NCBI GenBank assembly: GCA_041538025.1
Contig: JBGOEV010000008.1
Coordinates: 2,944 to 66,943 of the forward strand
DNA: 64,000 nt
Source: Candidatus Thermosaccharophagus gerlachensis
GTDB taxonomy: Bacteria; Armatimonadota; Fervidibacteria; Fervidibacterales; Thermosaccharophagaceae
Reading direction: 5' to 3'
Numbering within the stretch: the stretch's first letter is position 1; each line of letters begins with the position of its first letter. This document shows positions 37,394 to 45,831 of this stretch, one piece after another. Position numbers and translations under genes: made by a program. The notes under the pieces are model-generated. The model had not been told where the DNA came from and ran no database searches. It was given only the letters and a program-made list of their open reading frames with translations.

Positions 37394-37894
37394 CTATGGT
37401 GCACTCGCAACCTGTTGAACGGCTGCTTTAAGAGTTTCAAGACGAGGACAGCCGACAAAACCGATGTGGACAAATCCTTTTTTATCAACCAGCAAAACCG
37501 TCGGCACTTTAGTGACCTTGTAGCGTTTCCTGACTCGGCTTCCTCTGTCCAGCAGGATAGGGAAAGAGCCATTAGTTCTTCGCTTCATTCTTTGCCCAAT
37601 CTCTTTCCAAGTTGGATCAACTGTGACGCACAAAATTTGCACCAATGAGGGTGGAATGCTTCCTCTCAAATCGTTTAGGGTCTTCACTGCTCCCTTCCAA
37701 GTATCGCACCAGAATGCCCAAAACACTAAAACGACGACCTTGCCGCGAAACTGAGATAGGCGAACTACCTTGCCACTCAAATCAGGCAATGCAAAGTCAG
37801 GTGCTTGTTTCCCAATTAAATCTTCAACCGCAAATGAACTCTTTAAAAGAGTGAGCAACAAAAACCAAGCAATGCAAAAACTTGTCACCCTCAT
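37394..37894 (-). CDS. secreted thioredoxin-fold redoxin (TlpA/AhpC-TSA-like) with single-Cys WCDTW motif
   Basis: Signal peptide MRVTSFCIAWFLLLTLLKSSFA. Motifs: APDFALPDLSGKVVRLSQFRGKVVVLVFWAFWCDTWK and PTVLLVDKKG. Confidence 0.7.
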   Translation of the reverse strand: MRVTSFCIAWFLLLTLLKSSFAVEDLIGKQAPDFALPDLSGKVVRLSQFRGKVVVLVFWAFWCDTWKGAVKTLNDLRGSIPPSLVQILCVTVDPTWKEIGQRMKRRTNGSFPILLDRGSRVRKRYKVTKVPTVLLVDKKGFVHIGFVGCPRLETLKAAVQQVASAP

Positions 37895-38229
37895 CGCTAC
37901 TCACTTATGTCCTGCACTCGTTCAATCAACTCAGCAGGAGCCTCGCCTTCCAAAAATTCGCCCGCCTTCAGCGCCAGCAAAGAAGCAGGTTCAGGGAAAA
38001 GAGTTTTGAGAGTCTCACGTTCCGCTTGGCTCACTTCGTTTCATTCTTCCCATGCTTGCTCACTTTGCCAAAAAACGCTCCCAGAACTGCTGTTGCACCT
38101 TTTCGGTATCCATAGCGCTCCTGCTTCGCCTTTATGCAGCATAATAGTTGACACTTTAGTAACCTCACAGCGTTTTTCAATTTAGGTCTCCATCCAATGG
38201 GATAGGGAAAGAGCCATCGGCTCTTTAAA

Positions 38230-40101
38230 TCAGAAAACCATGTTGTGAATTGACTCAGCCTCTTTGAGGAAGGCGCTGAATGTCCAAGTCAAATAAAGAA
38301 ATCGTTGTCGGGCAACTGGATCGTCAGCTAACTCAACCAATGCCTTGTCATGCAATGCCTTTAGTTGGGCAACAACCCTTGGAGACCAGATTTCGCGGAA
38401 CAATTCTGCAGGTATGCGCCCTGCATCCCCCAAGTGGCGGCGAAGCCTCCATTCACCAGCTTCCCAAAGGTTGCACTCCAACTGAATAAACTCACGCACG
38501 GTATCACTTGCTTTGCCAAAGAGCCTCCGGCACATCTCATCCAGCACTGCATCCACATCCAAATCAGGGTTCCATAGCACTTTCATCCAAACATAAAGTG
38601 TTGGAGCTGTCGTAGTCCAGTCGCTCGCAATGCCACCATTGATGAATGTTCCAGCAATGATGTCCTTAACAGCTTGATACCAGTCGCGCACGATGTGTGG
38701 ATATTGGAATGGGGCATATGTCCAGCCACTACCTCGGTCGGAATAATCCCAAGTGGTGATAGGTAGCGTGCACTTTGATCTCCAAGCACGCAGGTTCTCA
38801 ATAGCAGCCTTCCATGCACGAGGCATAGTTCTCAGAGCCATTGGGTAGCCAGTCATGCAAACTTGGACTACAAGGTTGTCAGGGAAGTCAATCTCCTTTG
38901 GGCACTCTTGGTAGTTCCAATAGGGAAGGTAAATCACCTTTTTATCAGGCCAACGATGTTTTACAGCCTCGCACATGCGCTTAACAAACAAACCCACAAG
39001 CAATGATGCACCACCTTTTGCTATCGTTTCTCGGCAGGCAGAACAATGACAGCTCACTGGATAATCAGCAGGAGAAACAGTCACGCATGTGGAAGTGACC
39101 CAAGAAGCTACCCTCTCATCGCCACCTTTGTCCCAAACTCGTTCGCAACCTTCAAGAAGAAACTCCAGTGTCTTTGGCGAACTGTAACACAACATGCTCC
39201 AATTTCGGCTACCATCCTCTTTGAGTGCAAACATTTCCTTGTGTTCCTCAAGCCACTTCTCACCGCGTGTCCAGAGGCGCTGAGGCTCGTGAACCTTGAT
39301 CTTGTAAGGCCAACTGCACCCAGCGCGCACAAGTGGCAAATAACTCGCCATCGGAATCTCTTTAACATCTTCAGGGATTGCGCCTGAAGGAAAGGGAAGT
39401 GGTTCCTTGTCAAACCAGCGTGCCTTTGTTGGGAGCTTCCATCCATACGAAGGGTGAAACTCCCGTTGGCGAAAGACAGGTTGATCGCTGTAATGCACTG
39501 GTGGAATGGTGAGCGATGAAGACCGAATAATGCTTCGTCCACCAACCTCAGCAGGCCAATACCATCGCACGCCAACAAACCTCTCCAAGAAATCAGCAAC
39601 AGCCCACGCTGTCCCCTCATTGCTCCAATGTGCCCATGGCGAACTCCCGGAAGGCAATGCCTGTTTACTGCCCACAAGGTAAACCCGGTTCTTGGCTGTC
39701 TTAACCACAAAACCTTCAACCGGGATCTCCTTAGCATCAATGCCAGCCTCGCGTGTCTCCTCACACTCACCAATTACGATGGCGGGTTGGTCAGCAGGTG
39801 GAAGCTCACTGACCACCTTAAGTTTCGCACCGGTGCTCAATTGAATGACATCTATTAGCTCATCAATCAACCGCTTAAGCGTCGCGCTTGGATTTTGCTC
39901 AGCTACATAGACTACTGCTTTTGCCTGCCCGTTGCGCACTATCTCAACTGGTGGATGTGCAGGCGCGTTCTTCCATGTCACGGGTGGTAAGTCAGGTGGT
40001 TTCAGGTCAAGAGCTTGCACTTGTGTGTAGACTACCATCAAAGAGGCTACCCATAGGGACACGAATACAATCCTTTGGATCTGCCAACGAGCTTTTAACA
40101 T
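38230..40101 (-). CDS. DUF4838-like secreted glycan-active protein
   Basis: The GTAWAVADFLERFVGVRWYWP motif and the FVVKTAKNRVYLVG strand match my recollection of DUF4838. The start is set at ATG 40101 (MLKARWQIQRIVFVSLWVASLMVVYTQVQA signal). It has a weak SD, so the start is uncertain (the track ORF reaches 40260). Confidence 0.6.
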   Translation of the reverse strand: MLKARWQIQRIVFVSLWVASLMVVYTQVQALDLKPPDLPPVTWKNAPAHPPVEIVRNGQAKAVVYVAEQNPSATLKRLIDELIDVIQLSTGAKLKVVSELPPADQPAIVIGECEETREAGIDAKEIPVEGFVVKTAKNRVYLVGSKQALPSGSSPWAHWSNEGTAWAVADFLERFVGVRWYWPAEVGGRSIIRSSSLTIPPVHYSDQPVFRQREFHPSYGWKLPTKARWFDKEPLPFPSGAIPEDVKEIPMASYLPLVRAGCSWPYKIKVHEPQRLWTRGEKWLEEHKEMFALKEDGSRNWSMLCYSSPKTLEFLLEGCERVWDKGGDERVASWVTSTCVTVSPADYPVSCHCSACRETIAKGGASLLVGLFVKRMCEAVKHRWPDKKVIYLPYWNYQECPKEIDFPDNLVVQVCMTGYPMALRTMPRAWKAAIENLRAWRSKCTLPITTWDYSDRGSGWTYAPFQYPHIVRDWYQAVKDIIAGTFINGGIASDWTTTAPTLYVWMKVLWNPDLDVDAVLDEMCRRLFGKASDTVREFIQLECNLWEAGEWRLRRHLGDAGRIPAELFREIWSPRVVAQLKALHDKALVELADDPVARQRFLYLTWTFSAFLKEAESIHNMVF

Positions 40102-40385
40102 CCAAGTTGCGACAACATATTTTGCTCCCTTGCCACCTCCACCAAATTCGGGGAACTGAAGCAGATAAAAGCATGCAACCATACTACACCACCTCATAGC
40201 TTTGTTTTGGGAGTTACACAGTTGACTGCCAATTCCCTCCTTCATCAGACTATGGCACAAAATCCCACTTCAAGTATAATTGAACACACTCCCAATCCAG
40301 AGAAAATTGCAACGAGCTATATGTGCTAACTGGAGTGTTTCAATAACCTCAAACTGCTTTTTAGATTCTTTAGCAAACCCTGCCC

Positions 40386-41795
40386 TCATTGATGAACTGT
40401 TAACTTCACTCCAACACCTCTTCCACGCAACTGTGGGCGATACATGATTTGCGCAACTGGTGGGAGTGCAGTTTGAGTGCCCTCTATTTCTGGTCTTAGC
40501 AAATAACTGAAGTGATGTGTCCCTTTCGGCATGTAGGTCATGAAGAGAGCCATCCTGTCATCATGGATTTCGGTTTTCGTCCACCAGTCGCTTGGCAACC
40601 CTTCCACTTTAGCTGGGACTCCAATCACATACTGGACAACTTCCCAACCAGATGGCAATGGGTCTTCAACCATGACATATTCCAAGTTCTGTTTCGCTGT
40701 AATTGTCAACTGCACGGCAACATCTGTCCCAATGCGAACTTCGCTTCCCAAAGGTATCCATTTGCCCCTCTTGTCTTTAACGAGATAGCGACGTTGCACC
40801 GTCAGTAAATTGCCTTCAGCTCTGTTCATGCCCTTCGTTACGAAACCACGAAGAAGCACAGTGTAGTAAACACGACCAATCCCCATTTTCTGGATGGTCA
40901 CCTTGTTTTCACCAACCGAGGCAGGGACTGTCAAAACTATCTCCCCTTGTGGAATATGCTCCGTCGTTATATGCTGCTCATGGACGATATCACCATTCAC
41001 AAAGACTTTCAGTGAATAATTGGCTTGGAATTCACGGAAGCGGGTGATGTAATCAGTCAAAGCTAACAAAGCCACTGCTGTGCTCTTAGTTGAATACCAG
41101 AAGTTGCCTGTGCGTTTAAGCATTAACCACAAAACAGCACCTGTAACTTTCGGATCGTTTGGCTTAAGGCTTAGCAGTGCCTTTAGCGCATACGCTGTCG
41201 CCTCTACATCGCTTTCACCAAGCCTGCACCAAGTCCCTTCCCAAAAACAATATCTGTCAACAAACCGGGCTTGCTTTTCCAAAGCATTGAGGCTTTGTTG
41301 CGCCAAGGTTTTTTCATCCAATCGTGATAAGGCGATGGTAAGAACAGCATGCGCCATTGGAGGTAAAGCCGATTTGCTGGAAGCCTTAACGATGGTTTGG
41401 GCAATCTTTCGCATCTCAATTTCTGAGCCTGCCAACTTGCCCCACGCCGCCTTTGCTTCAGTGAGGGCAAACAGCATGTAAGCCTTCAAAGGCGGTGTGT
41501 TTTCTGAACGAATCAATCTCCATAACGCTTCAATGCCTCTTTGTATACACTTTTGGTCAACATCAAAGCCCATTTGTTGTGCCAAAGCCAGCCCATAGAC
41601 AACATATGCGGTCATGAACCTGTGAGTTATGTCTCCCTTAAACCAACCCCAGCCACCATCGTAGTTCTGCTCATCGTAGATTCTGATCAAACACTCACGC
41701 ACCATCTTAGGGACTTCACGTTCCAGCTTCTCGTTTCGCATCCCCAGCTCCTTCAGGATGTTGAGGACAACAATGTTTGGGACAAACTGCCCCAT
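40386..41795 (-). CDS. alpha-2-macroglobulin family protein, C-terminal part (thioester domain remainder plus receptor-binding-like domains)
   Basis: Motifs: QNYDGGWGWF and FMTAYVVYGLALA (alpha/alpha-toroid thioester domain), followed by beta-rich C-terminal domains. It is in the same frame as 41808..44870 and separated from it only by TGA plus 4 codons (IEQI). Confidence 0.8.
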   Translation of the reverse strand: MGQFVPNIVVLNILKELGMRNEKLEREVPKMVRECLIRIYDEQNYDGGWGWFKGDITHRFMTAYVVYGLALAQQMGFDVDQKCIQRGIEALWRLIRSENTPPLKAYMLFALTEAKAAWGKLAGSEIEMRKIAQTIVKASSKSALPPMAHAVLTIALSRLDEKTLAQQSLNALEKQARFVDRYCFWEGTWCRLGESDVEATAYALKALLSLKPNDPKVTGAVLWLMLKRTGNFWYSTKSTAVALLALTDYITRFREFQANYSLKVFVNGDIVHEQHITTEHIPQGEIVLTVPASVGENKVTIQKMGIGRVYYTVLLRGFVTKGMNRAEGNLLTVQRRYLVKDKRGKWIPLGSEVRIGTDVAVQLTITAKQNLEYVMVEDPLPSGWEVVQYVIGVPAKVEGLPSDWWTKTEIHDDRMALFMTYMPKGTHHFSYLLRPEIEGTQTALPPVAQIMYRPQLRGRGVGVKLTVHQ

Positions 41796-41807
41796 GATTT
41801 GCTCAAT

Positions 41808-44800
41808 TCACCCGTAAGGGTAGCCAACGAGGTATTCCAAACTCCCAAGCATCGGTCCGATAAGTGATGGCGACAAGCGAATCTCTAAGTAACTTGCAGG
41901 AAGGATTGCGTCTTCGGGGAGACGGAGGGTCAAAGTGGCTGTTGTATCCGTAATACCTGACTTTGATTGAACTACTTCCACACCTTTAGGCTTAACGGGC
42001 ACAGATAACTCCAATGCGTCTGTCAAACCACTTTCGGAGGCTACGGCAGCAGTAAAAGTTGCCTTGCCCCTAAACGAAGCTTCAGGGACGTAAACCCACC
42101 AAGTAAATGTGTGAGTGCTGTGAGGCGGAATGACTGCTGTTTGCTCAGGCGCTTCTTGAGTTGCAAGTGCTAATTTACTCGCCGTCACAAAGACCAAAGT
42201 GTGTAGCAAGCCATTGGGCGTTGGTGAATTGTTAGCGAAATTCCAACCCCCTACATTCCTCGCTGCGAACCTTCTTAAGATGTGTTGGTATTTCATTACT
42301 CTCAATGCCACATAACTTGATGAAACTATTGCGCCCTTCGCCTTCAACCCAACGCTAACCTTCTGTGGTTCGTCAGTGTTGTTGTGGACGACTGTGAGGA
42401 TTTTCGCAACATCATGTTGGGTAAAGAAGCGCGGGAGTTGTAAACGGACAAGGATTGGCTTAGTGACGCGAATTTTTTGAATTGTGCTTCCAACCTGTGA
42501 TTGCAAAGTTATTGCTCGAACCGTTGCGCGCCACGTTGTTAAGTTGTCGGGCAATGGAACTTCTACAGTTGCTTCTCCGTTCTCGTCCGTGACTACAAAT
42601 GGATGCCAAAAAGCAGTATCTTCAAATCGGCGACGGACTTCTTCTTCGCTGATTTTTTGGAACGCGCCCGCTGGAATAAGCCCATATCGTGCCTTCTCCT
42701 TCCCCACAACAATATCTCTTTTCACCACCACACTTTCCCAACTTGTCTCAACCAAGTTAGGTCGCCAACCAAAGAAGTATTCGCGTATGTCTGGTGTGCG
42801 ATCGGCTCTCATCGCGAAAATAGCCTCATCAACCAACGCAAAAGATAACTCAGCACTAACTGGTTTGCCTTCAGCATCTCTCGTAACTATACGGTAGCGA
42901 ACTTTCTCGCGAGGTTGATAGATAGGTTTTTCGGTAGTTACTTCCACACGCAAAAATTTCTCGCGGGCTGGAACAACGATTGATTTGTGAGCGCTAATGA
43001 ACCTGCCTTCAAACACATAACCAACACGCAAGTAACTTACGGGTCGCATTTTCTTTGTGATTGGCAATTCAAAAATGGATGACTGATGGTGAAGCGGTAT
43101 CACAAAAGCCTCAAGTATGTCATCACCCTCAACGGTAACAAGCGCCCATACGCCTTTGCGGTTGCTGTTGATGAGCACTTTCGCCACTTCGCCGATGCGG
43201 TAAGTCTTTTTGTCGCAGACAAGTTCCAAAGTTGGGTAGGAGTAGTCAAAATCTCCCTCAGCGCAAACCCAAACCCACACCGCACCAGATGTTAAGTTAC
43301 CTCGTTCGTCACGACCCCAGCAAGCAATGCGATAGTAACCTGCTTTTTGCAACTTGAAAGTCGCATTTGCTGTGCCGTCAGCATCGGTCGTCACCTGTTG
43401 TCGCTCAACCTCTATTCTTTCGTAGCGCTTTGCCTTCCTGTTCCATCTCTCACTTTCAAGAGCCAGATAAAGTTTTACCGAAACCGGTCGCCTTTCAAAA
43501 TCACCCGTTTTGATTTTCACTTTCGCAATTTCGCCAACACGATAAGCATATCTGTCAGTTGCCAGCGCAATTTGGAAAGATGCCCTAAACACCGAACACG
43601 ATGCTGACCCTGAAACTGTCCTGTTGCTTTGGTCGGTTACTTCACAACGGATGAAGTAACGCATGTCATAGTTAGTGCTTCGTTTATGGGCAGTTGGAAC
43701 GGTAAATTTAACAGTTCCGTCCTTGCCTAACTTGGTGGTGCTGCGCATGATGAACTCGCCGTAGTATGGAGGTGTCTCATACCAAGTCTCAAACTCTTCG
43801 GCGAAGGGAGACCACCAAATCGGTGAAGCACTGACGATATATGTGACCTTGCCTTCAGCAACTGGCGCACCAAAGAAATAATTTGCTTTGACGCTAACAT
43901 GAATTTGCTCGCCTTTGATGTAGTAGGGTTTATCAACCGTGACCTTGACTTCAAATTCTGGCTTGCGATACTTAGCGACTTCAAAGTGGGCGAAATGTGT
44001 CTCACCGTCAATCGTTGCGATAATGCCATATTGCCCCAAAGGGGTTGCCTCAGGCAAATCCACCTCACCTGCAAAACTGCCATAGCGATTTGTTGTTAGC
44101 GTCAACCTGGCTATTTCAGTATCTTCAGGGTTGCGGACAACAACCCGAACTTGCTTATCAGCCACAGTTAAATATTCTCCATCCTCAAACTTTCGCACGA
44201 TGCCTTTGAAGTAAACTTTTTGTTTCGGACGGTAAACTGGTCGGTCGGTGTAGATGTAAACAGTGTAGCGTTCTCGTGTCTCTGACCAAACTTCCGTTGT
44301 AGCGATGCTTCCATCAGGAGCAGTTGCAATAACTGTTACATCTTCAAGTTTGTAATCCACCAACGCTAATCCTTTCTTGTCCGTTTTGCCTTGTGCGATG
44401 AGTTTCCGTTTCTCATCAAACAGCCTGACGGAGCATCCACCAATAGGCTTACCAGTTTCTGCATCTGCGGTGAAGACCAAAACTCGTGTTGGCGATTTCT
44501 TAGCGACCAAAAGCACTCGTGTGACATTGATGGTGCGGTCTTCCCTCACCTTGCCTGCTATCATCTCCAACTTATAAACACCAACTTGTAGTAGCGGGAC
44601 TTTTATGAGCGTCTTGTATTCTTTTGGTTTTCGTGTAAAGGTTTTGCTCCAGACCAGTTCTTGCACTGCTTTTTGTCCCATCAACACTTCCTCAAAATTT
44701 TTCACGCGATAAACTCGGAGTGTTGCGGTTCTTCTTCCATCCCACCAAAGTTCAACAGGGACGGAAGGCGAAGGGACTACTTGGTATGGGGCGTATATCC

Positions 44801-44870
44801 ACTGCCCATTTGAAAACGATGGTAACAAAACCATGCAAAGGAGCAAAGTCAACCAACTGTATCGCCACAT
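41808..44870 (-). CDS. alpha-2-macroglobulin family protein, N-terminal part (MG-domain array), ending at an in-frame TGA on the thioester Cys position
   Basis: Signal peptide MWRYSWLTLLLCMVLLPSFSNG after a GGGAGGTGG SD (ATG 44870; track start 45005 overlaps the upstream gene). There are successive ~100-aa beta-sandwich repeats. It ends ...SLEYLVGYPYG-TGA. Confidence 0.8.
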   Translation of the reverse strand: MWRYSWLTLLLCMVLLPSFSNGQWIYAPYQVVPSPSVPVELWWDGRRTATLRVYRVKNFEEVLMGQKAVQELVWSKTFTRKPKEYKTLIKVPLLQVGVYKLEMIAGKVREDRTINVTRVLLVAKKSPTRVLVFTADAETGKPIGGCSVRLFDEKRKLIAQGKTDKKGLALVDYKLEDVTVIATAPDGSIATTEVWSETRERYTVYIYTDRPVYRPKQKVYFKGIVRKFEDGEYLTVADKQVRVVVRNPEDTEIARLTLTTNRYGSFAGEVDLPEATPLGQYGIIATIDGETHFAHFEVAKYRKPEFEVKVTVDKPYYIKGEQIHVSVKANYFFGAPVAEGKVTYIVSASPIWWSPFAEEFETWYETPPYYGEFIMRSTTKLGKDGTVKFTVPTAHKRSTNYDMRYFIRCEVTDQSNRTVSGSASCSVFRASFQIALATDRYAYRVGEIAKVKIKTGDFERRPVSVKLYLALESERWNRKAKRYERIEVERQQVTTDADGTANATFKLQKAGYYRIACWGRDERGNLTSGAVWVWVCAEGDFDYSYPTLELVCDKKTYRIGEVAKVLINSNRKGVWALVTVEGDDILEAFVIPLHHQSSIFELPITKKMRPVSYLRVGYVFEGRFISAHKSIVVPAREKFLRVEVTTEKPIYQPREKVRYRIVTRDAEGKPVSAELSFALVDEAIFAMRADRTPDIREYFFGWRPNLVETSWESVVVKRDIVVGKEKARYGLIPAGAFQKISEEEVRRRFEDTAFWHPFVVTDENGEATVEVPLPDNLTTWRATVRAITLQSQVGSTIQKIRVTKPILVRLQLPRFFTQHDVAKILTVVHNNTDEPQKVSVGLKAKGAIVSSSYVALRVMKYQHILRRFAARNVGGWNFANNSPTPNGLLHTLVFVTASKLALATQEAPEQTAVIPPHSTHTFTWWVYVPEASFRGKATFTAAVASESGLTDALELSVPVKPKGVEVVQSKSGITDTTATLTLRLPEDAILPASYLEIRLSPSLIGPMLGSLEYLVGYPYG

Positions 44871-44944
44871 AAAATCCACCTCCCAACCTAACGACCTTTG
44901 TGATGCACTATCGTTCATCGCTGTTAAAAATTTTGTCCTATCCC

Positions 44945-45580
44945 CTACCCCGAAAGGAAGGAGTGGACGAAAGAGACCCTCCACCTTATTGCTTTCATCA
45001 ACCACATTTCAAAGTTTTCGTTTTTGCTCAAACCCGCCTTTCGCATTGCCCACTCCAAACGAACCAAAGGGTCTTTCCCTTCGTAGGGCAATACTACACC
45101 AACTTTCTCACCTCGCCTTACAACCAAGCCATGCTCAGGGCTCAAAGCATAGATGTTGTCCAATGGTGTTAACTTTTGGACGACAGTAATGCTGACGATA
45201 AGGCGGGACAACTCATTTACCTTCAGAGGGCGAAAACGCTTATCACGGCAGGCATGAATAGATGCTCGGATAATTTCATCAGCCAATGAACGCTGTGTAG
45301 GAAATAAAGTCCCTCTACAACCTCGCAAGGTGAGAGTGCCGTTTCTTTCCTTTGTCTCAATTGTGACAAAACAACCTGCTCGGATGCGGATGTTGGTGTT
45401 GGTTGGCTTAGGTAAATCAGCACCTTTGTCTTTGACAGTTGCTACGATAGCACTGTAGGCAAGTTGAGCAAGCTGATTTTGGACTTTTCTGTCATGTAAC
45501 TTTTCCCAGTCACCTTCTTCAGCGTGCCTCAAATTTGTGCTCAACAGCACCAACATAAGACACAGCTTTGCATGACTCAT
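44945..45580 (-). CDS. AMMECR1 domain protein with N-terminal signal peptide
   Basis: Core sequence RAGCFVTIETKERNGTLTLRGCRGTL ... DKRFRPL (AMMECR1). N-terminus MSHAKLCLMLVLLSTNLRHAEE. GGAGGAAA SD. Confidence 0.75.
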   Translation of the reverse strand: MSHAKLCLMLVLLSTNLRHAEEGDWEKLHDRKVQNQLAQLAYSAIVATVKDKGADLPKPTNTNIRIRAGCFVTIETKERNGTLTLRGCRGTLFPTQRSLADEIIRASIHACRDKRFRPLKVNELSRLIVSITVVQKLTPLDNIYALSPEHGLVVRRGEKVGVVLPYEGKDPLVRLEWAMRKAGLSKNENFEMWLMKAIRWRVSFVHSFLSG

Positions 45581-45831
45581 TTCTCTATTTCCTCCAGCGC
45601 ATGGTCAAACAGCGATGCCCTCAGTAACAACCTAATAGCACGTAAGGTAGCAGAGAAGTGTAGCAAGGACTTTTGTAAAGCCCTGCATGAGAGGCTTCAG
45701 CAGATTGATGCAAAACAACCATCACGATATTAGCGCTTCGGTATCGGTTACACTTAAACTGCCCATAGGTCAACGCAAACTAAACGAATGCTAAAATGCA
45801 ACTTAGCACATGATGTGGGAGGTGCTACGCT

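Noticed and set aside
44871-45005. Upstream part of the A2M ORF as listed in the track
   Set aside because: It overlaps the 3' end of the AMMECR1 gene. A signal peptide and a strong SD sit at ATG 44870.
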